From: an uncultured delta proteobacterium
Lineage (GTDB): Bacteria > Desulfobacterota > Desulfomonilia > UBA1062
Direction of reading: 5' to 3'
Assembly (NCBI GenBank): GCA_963798485.1
Contig: CAWCTR010000017.1
Coordinates: 128,001-192,000 of the forward strand
Length of the DNA: 64,000 nt
Shown: in pieces, positions 9,098 to 19,014 of the stretch
Numbering within the stretch: the first letter of the stretch is position 1
Layout of the letters: the number at the start of each line of letters is the position of its first letter
The notes under the pieces: generated by a model
What the model saw: only the letters and a program-made list of their open reading frames with translations
What the model was told of the DNA's origin: nothing
Databases searched by the model: none
Position numbers and translations under genes: made by a program

Positions 9098-11788
9098 TTA
9101 TTGTCCCCTCATCTTGGCTTTTTCATCATCGAACCTCGTAAGATCTTTCTGCAGATCTATGTCATTCGAAGTGAGGCGTGCTGCGGATAGCAGGAGTGGG
9201 TCCTTGGTAAGACGGATGACATTTGTGAGAAGGTTCTTCGCCGAAGTCTGATCTCCAAGGGTATATGCGATTTGTGAAAGATGGTACATGGCCCAGTAGG
9301 CATGAGATGATTTGGGATAGGTATCGAGCAGTATCTGGTAGAAGGTCTTTGCCTTGGCAATCTCGCCTTTGTCTTTGAGCTGGGCTGCCCTGAGGTAAAG
9401 GGCATCCTCTATGATGGGGGAGATCCTTTTACCGTGATAAGAGATTATCCTTTCCAGGGTCTGCTCCTCCTGCTGGGCCAGGCCGAGCCTCTGATATGCG
9501 CCCGCAAGGTATGAAAGAGAGTTTAATGCCAGCGGGCTGTCATTATTTGCCGAGGCCTCAAGGTAGGGTAAGGACTCTTTGAGACTGCCCAGCAGATAGA
9601 GCACCTCGCCACGACGGTCTCTCATAAGCCCTATGTCTTTGCCCGTCGGATAGCTCGTAAGGTACAGTGTATTCCAGATCAGGGCCTCCTGGTACCTGCC
9701 CTGTTTGACATTGATTACGAAAAGGAGATAGAGCGCCTGCTTTTTATACGGCGATTCGTCCCTGGTAGATGATTCGAGCACCATCCTGGCCTTATCTAAT
9801 TGGCCAAGACGATTCAGGGCGTCCCCGATGATGAAGAGGGTGGCGCTGTCGGAGAGCTCCTTGATGAAGTTATTCTGGTAGCGGGTATAAATCATATAGA
9901 TCTTATCATTCTTTGAGTCCCGATGCAGGATACGGACCCGCTCGATAATACTCCTTAGTGCCTCCACCTGGGCATAGTGATGGATCGTATCGGTCTTCTT
10001 CGTATTCAGCCATACCTCAAGGTAGGTATCAAGGGCCTTATCCGACTGACCGTGCTTTGCATAGGCCTGGGCTATCCGGACCTTCACCAGTGAGGACAGG
10101 GACTTGTCTTTATATTCTTCCATGGTTTTCAGCGTTTCATAGATGTCCATAACCTCATTGAATGCCGTCTCGGAGAGTTTGCCATGTTCGTCCGTATTTT
10201 TCTCTATGATGATCCGTGCCGACTTGAGTTTGGCCATCACAAGGTTTTCACCCGTTGATGTCAGGCTTTCAACCTGGGTGAAGGCTACCAGGGCCTTATC
10301 TTTTTCGCCGATCTGATAAAGACAGTCGCCCAGCATGAGGAGGTACTTCTGTTTACCTGACGGGTCGCCAAGGTTGAATGCCTGGATAAGGTAGTCCTTT
10401 GCCCCCTCGAAGTCGTTCATCTTGAATGCGGCCTCGCCCATGTGGGCATATAATCCCGGGAACTGTCTGATGAGTGTATGGTCTAACGTAAGGGCCTCTT
10501 GATAGATTGCAAATGCCTTTGTATAATCATTTAATCCGAGATAGGTTTCGGCCGCCACGGCAAGGTAGGTTGCCTTCAGCCCGGCAGGAACTCCGGCCTG
10601 GCCGAGTTCGTTTATCAACCGTTTGTTGGCGGCATAGGCATCCTGATAAGCACCATTATGGTTTAATATGTCGATTTCCCTGATACCGGCCTCGGCCTTG
10701 ATATCATCCCAGATAGACCTCTTCAGTGATTTCACCTGATCATAAGCTTGATTGGCCATGCCGGAGCTTATGAGCATGGAGCAGTATTCGAGCATAATCC
10801 GCTCACGATCCAAACCGTCCGGGAGCTTGTCAATGGCGGCATTCATCATGGAAAGGGCCCTGGCGGCGTTGTTTCCTGTCGGGTATGGAAATGCCAGTGC
10901 CCAGTATGAGCGGGCAAGGAGTATCTTTTCTTTGGCATCCAGTAATTGAACAGAAGGCTCTAATACTGTGATCACGCCCGCGATATTGCCTGCGCTGAAC
11001 AAGCTTTTTGCGCTCAGGTATCTGGTCTCAGGAGAGGCGGTATTCGTTGCCCTGATCTCAAAGATCACCCGGCTTTTCTCTTTGTCAATGCGTGTTTCCA
11101 TGAGGGTATACTGCTCGGTGATATTTAATGTGAGTACCGTGCCGGATGACATCTTCATGACACTACCGAACTTCAGCTGCGGCACAGGGGTGAGGAGTTT
11201 TTCCATGGTGTCGCAGGGGAAATCTGATGGGAAATGGATGTAGATCCTGCCGGACTTGGCGGTTCGAACCTCAGGGAACATGTCCGGTTCGATGTTCATG
11301 GATACACTCAAGAGAACCTTGCCGGGGATAACCTCGATTCGTTTGATAGGGCAAAGGGCCTTTTGCTCTTTCTTGGCAGTAAGATCAATGACGACGGAAG
11401 GTGGGCTCTGTCTGGTAGAGACCTTGTAGGTAAACGGGGTCTTTATGGCGATGGTCGCCTTTAACCCGTCAAAGGTGAACCCCTGGATCATAAACTGATC
11501 CTGAAAGGCCTGAGGGTCAGCAACAGTGTGGGGAAAATTGACGATCAGTGTCTGGTTTTGTTCCGATACATCAGGTACAATGGCAACCGTATCATTCAGG
11601 TTGAAGATGATCCTGGTGACATTCTCCGACCCCCCCGCATATATTCCTGTTGCGCACACCGGCCCTGCATGTACGGCGGATAGACACGCGATTACCAATG
11701 CACGGTATAGAACCGTCTTCAGGATACTTTTTATAGGGCTCTTGTTCTTCACCGTAGCATGAAAATACAACTTTCGTGCCATATTCAT
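9098..11788 (-). CDS. Exported tetratricopeptide-repeat protein in the flagellar regulatory cluster (true start probably slightly downstream)
   Basis: Signal-peptide-like N-terminus, beta-rich N-domain and many TPR-like helical repeats ending in LLDTYPKS. Confidence 0.75.
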   Translation of the reverse strand: MNMARKLYFHATVKNKSPIKSILKTVLYRALVIACLSAVHAGPVCATGIYAGGSENVTRIIFNLNDTVAIVPDVSEQNQTLIVNFPHTVADPQAFQDQFMIQGFTFDGLKATIAIKTPFTYKVSTRQSPPSVVIDLTAKKEQKALCPIKRIEVIPGKVLLSVSMNIEPDMFPEVRTAKSGRIYIHFPSDFPCDTMEKLLTPVPQLKFGSVMKMSSGTVLTLNITEQYTLMETRIDKEKSRVIFEIRATNTASPETRYLSAKSLFSAGNIAGVITVLEPSVQLLDAKEKILLARSYWALAFPYPTGNNAARALSMMNAAIDKLPDGLDRERIMLEYCSMLISSGMANQAYDQVKSLKRSIWDDIKAEAGIREIDILNHNGAYQDAYAANKRLINELGQAGVPAGLKATYLAVAAETYLGLNDYTKAFAIYQEALTLDHTLIRQFPGLYAHMGEAAFKMNDFEGAKDYLIQAFNLGDPSGKQKYLLMLGDCLYQIGEKDKALVAFTQVESLTSTGENLVMAKLKSARIIIEKNTDEHGKLSETAFNEVMDIYETLKTMEEYKDKSLSSLVKVRIAQAYAKHGQSDKALDTYLEVWLNTKKTDTIHHYAQVEALRSIIERVRILHRDSKNDKIYMIYTRYQNNFIKELSDSATLFIIGDALNRLGQLDKARMVLESSTRDESPYKKQALYLLFVINVKQGRYQEALIWNTLYLTSYPTGKDIGLMRDRRGEVLYLLGSLKESLPYLEASANNDSPLALNSLSYLAGAYQRLGLAQQEEQTLERIISYHGKRISPIIEDALYLRAAQLKDKGEIAKAKTFYQILLDTYPKSSHAYWAMYHLSQIAYTLGDQTSAKNLLTNVIRLTKDPLLLSAARLTSNDIDLQKDLTRFDDEKAKMRGQ
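11766..11781 (-). promoter_or_regulatory. Possible sigma54 promoter for the TPR gene
   Basis: Minus strand TGGCACGAAAGTTGTA: perfect -24 box, -12 box is TTGT rather than TTGC. Confidence 0.4.
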
Positions 11789-11816
11789 GCTTTGGTAAGC
11801 TTGCCGGCGAAGGGAA

Positions 11817-13220
11817 TTAAGATATATTTGATTCTGATGGTTTCTGAAGTTTCTGTTTCTTGATCTTTTCCACCAGCGTTGTCCTGTTCACATGAAGGAG
11901 TTTGGCTGCACGATTTTTGACCCAGTTGCTTTTATTGAGGGCCTGAACGATGATGCTCCTCTCAAATTCATTGACTGCGGTGGAGAGGTCGATGCCTGTT
12001 TCGGGCAGATCGATCCGGGGGACGGCCGATGCCTCCAGAGTGGGCCCGGTGAGTAGTTTATCCGGCAGGTCTGCAATATCAATAATGGGAGAATCGCTTA
12101 AAACAACCATACGCTCAACAAGGTTTTCCAGCTCGCGTACATTGCCGGGCCAGCGATAGCGCATGAGTACGGGTATTGCCTTTTTCCCGAACTCAACCTT
12201 CTTGAGTGACTTGCCGTTTATAAATTTGTCAAGAAAGTGTTTGATGAGCAGCGGAATATCATCGGTCCTTTCCCTTAAGGGAGGGAGGTGGATAGGTATG
12301 ACATTGAGCCGGTAGTAGAGATCTTCCCGGAATCTACCTTCTGCAACCTCTTCTTCGAGGTTTTTATTCGTTGCAGCGATGATCCGTACATCAACCCTTA
12401 TGGTCTTTACCCCGCCGACGCGCTCGAACTCGCGCTCCTGGATGACTCGGAGCAGCTTTACCTGGAGGTTCGGGCTCATCTCTGATATCTCATCCAAGAA
12501 TATACTGCCGCCGCAGGCAAGCTCGAACCTTCCGATCCTGGTCCTGAATGCGCCGGTGAAGGCGCCCTTTTCATGTCCGAAGAGCTCGCTCTCCAGAAGC
12601 TCTTCGGGGATGGCGCCGCAGTTCACGGGGACAAATGCATTGGTGGACCTCATGGAATTATAATGCAGTGCCCGTGCGACAAGCTCTTTGCCTGTACCCG
12701 ATTCCCCAAGGATCAGGACTGTGGAGTCTGTGGAGGCGACCTTGTCGATGAGGCTGAAGACCTTCTGCATCTTGTCGGAAGTCCCTATGATGTTCTCGAA
12801 CTTGTAGCGGGCCTTGAGCTGCTGTTTCAGATAGGTGTTTTCCTCCTGTAAAGCGAGGTGGTCCAGCGCCTTTTTGACTACCACCTTAATCTCGTCGGCC
12901 TTGAAGGGTTTGGTGATATAGTCGAAGGCCCCGAGTTTCATGGCATCCACTGCTGTTTTTACCGAGCCATAGCCTGTATACAAGATACCGATGGTATTCA
13001 GTCTGTTCTCAATGAGGTATTCGATTACACCGAGCCCGTCAATCTCAGGCATCTGGAGATCGGTGAGTACTACCTGGAAGGTATCCTGTGAAAGCTTATT
13101 GATGGCGTCATTCCCGTTGACGGCTGTAGTGACGGCATATCCTTCATCGGAGAGGATCTCGGAAAGGTACTCTCGATTCTGGATTTCATCGTCAACAATC
13201 AGTATAGAATGATTACCCAT
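11817..13220 (-). CDS. Sigma54-dependent response regulator (FleQ/FlrA-like master flagellar regulator candidate)
   Basis: Intact REC (VDDE, TDLQMP, ITKPF), AAA+ with GAFTGA, HTH ending [11 protein letters not shown]; ATG at 13220 preferred. Confidence 0.88.
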   Translation of the reverse strand: MGNHSILIVDDEIQNREYLSEILSDEGYAVTTAVNGNDAINKLSQDTFQVVLTDLQMPEIDGLGVIEYLIENRLNTIGILYTGYGSVKTAVDAMKLGAFDYITKPFKADEIKVVVKKALDHLALQEENTYLKQQLKARYKFENIIGTSDKMQKVFSLIDKVASTDSTVLILGESGTGKELVARALHYNSMRSTNAFVPVNCGAIPEELLESELFGHEKGAFTGAFRTRIGRFELACGGSIFLDEISEMSPNLQVKLLRVIQEREFERVGGVKTIRVDVRIIAATNKNLEEEVAEGRFREDLYYRLNVIPIHLPPLRERTDDIPLLIKHFLDKFINGKSLKKVEFGKKAIPVLMRYRWPGNVRELENLVERMVVLSDSPIIDIADLPDKLLTGPTLEASAVPRIDLPETGIDLSTAVNEFERSIIVQALNKSNWVKNRAAKLLHVNRTTLVEKIKKQKLQKPSESNIS

Positions 13221-13234
13221 AAATTTGTAGGGCA

Positions 13235-13274
13235 AGGATATCACACGAAATCAAATGCGTCAATATATAGACGC
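13235..13274 (-). promoter_or_regulatory. Sigma70-type promoter overlapped by a palindromic operator
   Basis: TTGACG-N17-TATCCT on the minus strand; GCGTC-AATATATA-GACGC palindrome at 13257-13274 covers the -35 box. Confidence 0.5.
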
Positions 13275-13317
13275 TCTCAAATAAAAAAAAGTTCCGGACA
13301 GAGTTTTTGGAGGGTTA

Positions 13318-13599
13318 TCAGGCCTTGCCGTTCACCCGATCTCTCATATCTTTGCCTGATTTAAAGAAGGGCAGGGTCTTTGTCTTTACCTGGATTTTCT
13401 CGCCGCTCTTTGGGTTCCTCCCGATATAGGGTTTGTAATCCCTCATGACAAAGCTTCCGAACCCACGGATCTCGACCCTGCGCTTGCCCTTCATGGCAAT
13501 AATCATGGAGTTGAGGATGGAGTTCACCAAGGCCTCTGCCTTTTTCGGGTGGAGAGCCATGCGCATGGATAGTTCTTCAATCAGTTCCGATTTGTTCAT
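13318..13599 (-). CDS. ihfB: Integration host factor beta / HU family DNA-binding protein
   Basis: MNKSELI, RVEIRGFGSF, GRNPKSGE, PFFKSGKDMR. Confidence 0.85.
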   Translation of the reverse strand: MNKSELIEELSMRMALHPKKAEALVNSILNSMIIAMKGKRRVEIRGFGSFVMRDYKPYIGRNPKSGEKIQVKTKTLPFFKSGKDMRDRVNGKA

Positions 13600-13657
13600 G
13601 TATCTCCTCCTGTTTTTGTCTAATTATTGATAGATTATAAAGACCTCCATGCACATG

Positions 13658-14389
13658 TCAAGGTTTTTTATGTTTTTTTAGTATCTTATAGAGGGCTCCC
13701 TCTTCCGATTGGCTCAGTCGGCGGATCTGACCGGGAGACATCCCCTTGAGCATTATTGGCCCGATGCTTATCCTTTTGATGGATTCAACCCGAAGCCCCA
13801 CCGCTATGGCCATACGCTTGATCTGGTTCTTCAGCCCCTGAACAAGGGTGATTCTCAAAGCGGATCCATCAGGACCTGCATGTTCTTCTGTCACCTTTGC
13901 CGGCAGCGTTTTTCTGCCATCGAGAAAGATGCCTGTTTCCATTTGCCTTATAGCATCAGGGGAGGCCTGGGGTGAAACGTTGACCAGATAGACCTTCGGA
14001 ACATGGAAAGATGGGTGATGCAGAGAATGTGACAAATCTCCGTCATTCGTTAAAATGAGGAGTCCTTCCGCGTCAAAATCCAGCCTACCCACCGGGAACA
14101 CCCCCTGGAGGTGCTTGGGGATGAGATCCTGAATGCACGGCCTCCCCTGGGGATCGTTCATGGTGGTTAAAATGAACTTGGGCTTATACATGGCGACCAG
14201 GAGCGTATTCTGGCGGGCAACGGTCTTGCCGTCGAGGGTCACTGCATCCTGATCCGGGTCCAAGGTGTCCCCTAAGACGGCCTTGTTGCCGTTGATCTTC
14301 ACACGGCCTTGAGTAATAAGATCGTCGGCCTTTCTCCTGGAGATCGTACCTGTTGAGGCGATATATCTGTTGATGCGCACCTTGGCCAT
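13658..14389 (-). CDS. rluB: rRNA pseudouridine synthase (RluB/RsuA family)
   Basis: S4 domain SRRKAD, catalytic PVGRLDFDAEGLLILTNDG. Confidence 0.88.
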   Translation of the reverse strand: MAKVRINRYIASTGTISRRKADDLITQGRVKINGNKAVLGDTLDPDQDAVTLDGKTVARQNTLLVAMYKPKFILTTMNDPQGRPCIQDLIPKHLQGVFPVGRLDFDAEGLLILTNDGDLSHSLHHPSFHVPKVYLVNVSPQASPDAIRQMETGIFLDGRKTLPAKVTEEHAGPDGSALRITLVQGLKNQIKRMAIAVGLRVESIKRISIGPIMLKGMSPGQIRRLSQSEEGALYKILKKHKKP

Positions 14390-14435
14390 AAGGTCTTTAC
14401 TATACCGTAAAAGACCTCATCAGGGGAGGTGTCTC

Positions 14436-14912
14436 TTAAACGGCCTGGTAAAGACGGGTTCTGCATGCCTCACAGGCCTCGTTGCAGTAAGGCTCGCTGT
14501 CGTTGTAGATGACCAGACCAACATCATCTCCCATCCCGAAGCGTTCTGTGCACGTGGGGCAGAAAAGCCGGCCTATACTGTCGAGATATCCTACCACTGG
14601 CTTATCCATGTTGGGCTCGTATGCCGTGTCTGCCTTGAACGAGCTGATAAGACCGAAAGAGCCGCAGTGGGGGCACTGGAATCCAAGATCTGCTTCCCAG
14701 AACGTGGTTGGACATTTTCTGTTGGCGCAGTAGTATTGTGAAACCCTGGTCCTGTTTTTCTCAAGCAGTGCCTTTATGGTGTCGGTATAAATGTTGTCGT
14801 TCGCAGATGGTTTTCTGGTGAGGGCCTTCCTGGATGAGTTGGTTATATCTTCACGGGACGATCCTTTATCGTTCTCTTTTCTTGCCAATATCAGTTCAGT
14901 TTCCTTTTTCAT
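14436..14912 (-). CDS. Hypothetical multi-Cys (zinc-ribbon-like) protein
   Basis: AGGAGA RBS before ATG 14912; CANRKC, CPHC, CPTC and CNEACEAC motifs. Confidence 0.6.
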   Translation of the reverse strand: MKKETELILARKENDKGSSREDITNSSRKALTRKPSANDNIYTDTIKALLEKNRTRVSQYYCANRKCPTTFWEADLGFQCPHCGSFGLISSFKADTAYEPNMDKPVVGYLDSIGRLFCPTCTERFGMGDDVGLVIYNDSEPYCNEACEACRTRLYQAV

Positions 14913-15049
14913 ATCATCTCTCCTTTGCGAATGCCATCGCTTGTGAGCATGTGGTTCAGATTCGATACTTGAGTAGGGCCGAGTACATCCTATTTCAATG
15001 CAGCTAACTTTTTGACACCTTGTCTTCCATAAGGTATAAGGCCTGAACA

Positions 15050-15682
15050 ATGAACGACATCAACCATATTATCAGCCAAATCGCACTATTGATGGTGCCT
15101 GTGCTGCTGTCCATCACCGTCCATGAGGTGTGTCACGGGTATGCCGCCTTTTTTTTCGGTGACCCGACTGCGAAGGATGCAGGCAGGCTCACCCTTAATC
15201 CCCTCAAGCATATCGACCCCGTGGGCCTCCTTGTGCTTTTTATTACCGGGATAGCGGGCATGGCGATTGGGTGGGCCAAGCCGGTACCCGTGGACCCCAG
15301 ATATTTCAAGAAACCCCGTATTAATATGATGTGGGTCTCACTGGCAGGCCCCTTGTCCAATATTGCATTGGCTATCGTAACTGCATTTGTTTACAAACAG
15401 TTTGGGGGTCTTCTCTCACAGACTATTTTCTATCCGCTTGTGATTATGGCAGAGTATATGATTATGATCAATGTGGGGCTTGCCGTCTTCAACCTCATCC
15501 CCATCCATCCGCTGGATGGGAGCCACATCATGGAGGGGCTGCTTCCTTTGAAGGCGGCATACGCTTATTCCAGGCTGCAGCCTTACGGATTCATGATCCT
15601 GCTCGTCCTTATATTCACGCGTGCAGTAAATGTTGTGATCTTTCCAATCATCGGTGTCATTTTGAATATCCTCATGAAATAG
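15050..15682 (+). CDS. Site-2 protease (peptidase M50)
   Basis: HEVCH zinc motif, AGPLSN, FNLIPIHPLDG; upstream of trpS. Confidence 0.92.
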   Translation: MNDINHIISQIALLMVPVLLSITVHEVCHGYAAFFFGDPTAKDAGRLTLNPLKHIDPVGLLVLFITGIAGMAIGWAKPVPVDPRYFKKPRINMMWVSLAGPLSNIALAIVTAFVYKQFGGLLSQTIFYPLVIMAEYMIMINVGLAVFNLIPIHPLDGSHIMEGLLPLKAAYAYSRLQPYGFMILLVLIFTRAVNVVIFPIIGVILNILMK

Positions 15683-15694
15683 AAAAGGAATACT

Positions 15695-16681
15695 ATGGAC
15701 AAGAAGCGCATCGTATCCGGCATCAGGCCCACAGGCGATCTCCATCTGGGGCACTATCTCGGGGTCCTCAAAAACTGGGTGAGCCTCCAGGATGAATACC
15801 AATGTTTTTATTTCATTGCCGACTGGCATGCGCTGACCAGCGAGTATAAAGACCCCTCCATTATCGCTCAAAGCGCTAAGGACATGGTGACTATCTGGCT
15901 GAGTGTAGGCCTGGACCCTGAAAAATCGGTCATATTCCGTCAGTCGGACATCAAGTCGCATGCCGAGCTGTTCCTGCTCCTGACCATGATCACCCCTTTG
16001 TCCTGGCTCGAGAGGAACCCAACCTATAAAGAGATGAAAGAAGAACTCAAGGAAAAGGACCTGAGCACCTTTGGTTTCTTGGGATATCCGGTGCTCCAGG
16101 CTGCGGATATCGTGATCTATCATGCCGACAGGGTCCCCATCGGGGCCGACCAGCTCCCTCACCTGGAGCTTACCCGCGAGATCGTACGGAGATTCAATTA
16201 TCTCTACGGGGCCGACATCTTGAACGAGCCCAAGGAGATCTTGACCGAGGCTCCAAAGGTCCCGGGGCTCGACGGCAGAAAGATGTCAAAGTCATACGGC
16301 AATGCCGTCTTTATTGACGAGACCGAGGAGACGTTGAAGCCCAAGGTGATGCAGATGCTCACGGACGTCAAGCGTATGAGAAAGACCGACCCCGGCGAGC
16401 CCAAGGATTGTAACCTGTATCCATTCCATGACTTCTTCACGGATGATGCCGCCAGAGAGGAGATCCAGGCAGGCTGCAGGAGCGCCAGGCTGGGGTGTGT
16501 GGACTGCAAGCGCATACTTATTACGAAACTTATACAAGAGTTCAAACCGATATGGGAAAAGATTGAGTATTACCGTGGCCATGAGACCATGGTGGATGAT
16601 ATCCTGAAGGCGGGATGCGATAGGGCCACACATGAGTCAGCTCTCACCATTAACCGGGTGAGGGAGGTCATGAAGCTCTAA
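15695..16681 (+). CDS. trpS: Tryptophan--tRNA ligase
   Basis: HLGH, YPVLQAADI, GADQ, KMSKS. Confidence 0.97.
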   Translation: MDKKRIVSGIRPTGDLHLGHYLGVLKNWVSLQDEYQCFYFIADWHALTSEYKDPSIIAQSAKDMVTIWLSVGLDPEKSVIFRQSDIKSHAELFLLLTMITPLSWLERNPTYKEMKEELKEKDLSTFGFLGYPVLQAADIVIYHADRVPIGADQLPHLELTREIVRRFNYLYGADILNEPKEILTEAPKVPGLDGRKMSKSYGNAVFIDETEETLKPKVMQMLTDVKRMRKTDPGEPKDCNLYPFHDFFTDDAAREEIQAGCRSARLGCVDCKRILITKLIQEFKPIWEKIEYYRGHETMVDDILKAGCDRATHESALTINRVREVMKL

Positions 16682-16698
16682 GGGTATAAGGGGTTGGA

Positions 16699-17418
16699 AT
16701 GGAACAAACCGTAAGTGCTTCGGCCGCAGGCAACGAGTTCGTGCTGCGCCTGCCCATGTTCGAGGGCCCGCTCGACCTGCTGTTGTACCTTATTGAGAAG
16801 AATCGCTTTACCCTGTCCGACCTCGAAATCTGCCCTATTATTGACCAGTACCTGGCTTATATCGAACGGATAAGATCCCTTGACATATCGCTGGCCGGCG
16901 AGTTTCTCGACATGGCATCATACCTTATCTGGCTGAAGTCACGCCTGCTGCTGCCCCTGGAACTAACCCACAAGGAGGAAGAAGGCAAGAACCCGGCCGA
17001 CGAGCTCAAGGAGATGCTGCTCGCCTACCAGTCTCTCAAGGTTGCCTCCCGCGAGCTCGGCATGAGGCCCATGCTCTACTGGGATACCTTCCCCAAGGGT
17101 GCGTTTGCCGACGAGAGAGATGTATCAATGACTTCTCTCGGCCCCTTGATGGAGGCAATTGCCGCTATTCGCGCCCGCACCAAGCAGCTCATCATGAATG
17201 TCATGCCCATGCGGTTTTCCATCCAGGATATCATGACCCATATCGCCTCACTCTTTTCTTCAAAAAAGAAGATTGCACTGCATGAGGCAGCCCCGACCGG
17301 AGAAAGGACCGAGATCATCGGTACGTTCATGGCAGCCCTGGAGATGTCGAAACTGAGCATTGTCAGACTCATTCAGAAAGGCCTGTTCTCAACCATTTAT
17401 CTGATCAAGAGGGTATAG
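16699..17418 (+). CDS. scpA: Segregation and condensation protein A
   Basis: FEGPLDLLLYLI, AGEFLDMASYLIWLKSRLLLP. Confidence 0.92.
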   Translation: MEQTVSASAAGNEFVLRLPMFEGPLDLLLYLIEKNRFTLSDLEICPIIDQYLAYIERIRSLDISLAGEFLDMASYLIWLKSRLLLPLELTHKEEEGKNPADELKEMLLAYQSLKVASRELGMRPMLYWDTFPKGAFADERDVSMTSLGPLMEAIAAIRARTKQLIMNVMPMRFSIQDIMTHIASLFSSKKKIALHEAAPTGERTEIIGTFMAALEMSKLSIVRLIQKGLFSTIYLIKRV

Positions 17419-17470
17419 AGCGATTGAGGCGGGTGGGGATAGTGGCGAAGATTGGAGGGGCCGGTTAAAA

Positions 17471-17974
17471 ATGGGGAATCGGGAGATCGTTGAGGCGCTT
17501 ATCTTTTCATCCGGCAGAGCGCTTTCAATCAAGGAAATCATGAAGATCCTGCCCGGATTGTCCCTCGAAGAGACCAAGCGATGTATTGAGGACCTCAATG
17601 GCATCTATGAGATCTCCAACCGGAGTTTCAGGATAAACCTTGTTGCAACCGGATATATGTTTGTGACCTTGCCCGAGCATGCATCTTTCATCAGGCAGCT
17701 CGTGACGCCGGTGAAGCTCACAGGCGCCGCCCTTGAGGTACTTGCCGTTATTGCCTATAAAGGGCCGTGCTCCAAGCAGACCATCGACGGTATAAGGGGT
17801 GTGGATTCCACCTCAAGCCTCAAACAGCTTCTTAAGCACCAGCTCATCGACATCAAGTCAGGCAAACCCATGATGTATTACATTACGGACAAATTCCTGG
17901 AGGTCTTCGGCCTTGCTTCTTTATCGGAATTGCCCGACATCACCCAGTTTGAAGAGGTCTTTGGGGGCGGGTAA
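17471..17974 (+). CDS. scpB: Segregation and condensation protein B
   Basis: VEALIF, LEVLAVIAYKGP, IRGVDS, FLEVFGLASLSELP. Confidence 0.92.
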   Translation: MGNREIVEALIFSSGRALSIKEIMKILPGLSLEETKRCIEDLNGIYEISNRSFRINLVATGYMFVTLPEHASFIRQLVTPVKLTGAALEVLAVIAYKGPCSKQTIDGIRGVDSTSSLKQLLKHQLIDIKSGKPMMYYITDKFLEVFGLASLSELPDITQFEEVFGGG

Positions 17975-17979
17975 GGACT

Positions 17980-18005
17980 AGGAGACAGAAGACAGAAGTC
18001 AGAAT
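17980..18005 (+). repeat. Short heptamer tandem repeat (about 3.5 copies)
   Basis: AGGAGAC AGAAGAC AGAAGTC AGAAT just after the scpB stop. Confidence 0.5.
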
Positions 18006-18097
18006 AACCTGCGAACAGCCCTGCCGTATAGACAAGATCGAGACCGGCATAGAGATCTCTTCCATTTTACGGGAAGTATTCAGAAGAACTTTATTTC

Positions 18098-18583
18098 TTA
18101 AGCGCACTCGCTCATGTCACCGCCGAGTTTGTCCAGGGCGTGGGGCAATGCGGGTGCAATGCCTTCGAGGCACTCCCTGGCCGCTTTGGGGCTGCCGGGG
18201 ATGTTTACGATGAGTGTGTGCTTCCTCACGCCAACCACAGCCCGTGAGATCATGGCATGGGGGGTCTTTTTGAGGCTTTCGAGGCGCATCACCTCTTCCA
18301 TGCCGGGAACGCGCTTGTCGATGACCGTCAGTGTCGCATCAGGTGTTACATCCCTTACGGACAGGCCTGTGCCCCCTGTGGTGATGATGAGGTCAAGGTG
18401 TTGTTCATCGCACCAGGCAATGAGACGATCTTTAATGAGGCCCTGATCGTCCGGGATAATCTCTGTGATCTCCACGGATATGCCCAAGCCCGTCAGGATC
18501 TCCCGGATAATGGGCCCGCTCAGGTCCTGGCGCAGCCCGGCTGAACCCTTATCGCTCAAGGTGAGCACCCCTGCCTTCTTCAC
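18098..18583 (-). CDS. mog: Molybdopterin adenylyltransferase MogA/MoaB
   Basis: GTG start after GGAGGT; LTLSD, DLSG, TTGGTG, RDVTPDAT, NIPGSPKA. Confidence 0.92.
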   Translation of the reverse strand: MKKAGVLTLSDKGSAGLRQDLSGPIIREILTGLGISVEITEIIPDDQGLIKDRLIAWCDEQHLDLIITTGGTGLSVRDVTPDATLTVIDKRVPGMEEVMRLESLKKTPHAMISRAVVGVRKHTLIVNIPGSPKAARECLEGIAPALPHALDKLGGDMSECA

Positions 18584-19014
18584 CGTTTCACCTCCTTGAG
18601 CCTGCCCTGGGCCGCTATCACGATGGCCCTGGGTACGCCCTTGCTCTTGGCAAGCAGGCCGAGGTCCCGCTGGTTGAGGTAGGTAACCTGCGCCATGGCA
18701 ATAGAGAGCGGGGTCTTGGGGTTGTTCACCAGTGCGAACCTGATCTGATAGTTCCTCAGCCACTCCCGGTTCTTTGCAATCTCTTTAAGGACCTCGTCAT
18801 TCACCTGGCGGTTAGTGGCAATGGCCAGTATCTCGCCCTCGGTGATCTTCGGGGAGTTGACCACAGCCAGTTGGACGAGCTTGTTGGAGTCGCGGATAAG
18901 GATCGAACGTGCTTCCTTGGACGCCTTGCGGGCAAGGTCAAGCTTTTCCGAGACGGACATGGTCTGGATTTTCTGGAACAGACTCCTTATGGAATCCGAC
19001 CCGTCATTTTCCAT
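18580..19014 (-). CDS. Conserved hypothetical helical-repeat protein
   Basis: ATG at 19014 overlaps the EF-G stop region; ARSILIRDSNKLV and ALVNNPKTP motifs; translationally coupled to mog. Confidence 0.7.
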   Translation of the reverse strand: MENDGSDSIRSLFQKIQTMSVSEKLDLARKASKEARSILIRDSNKLVQLAVVNSPKITEGEILAIATNRQVNDEVLKEIAKNREWLRNYQIRFALVNNPKTPLSIAMAQVTYLNQRDLGLLAKSKGVPRAIVIAAQGRLKEVKR

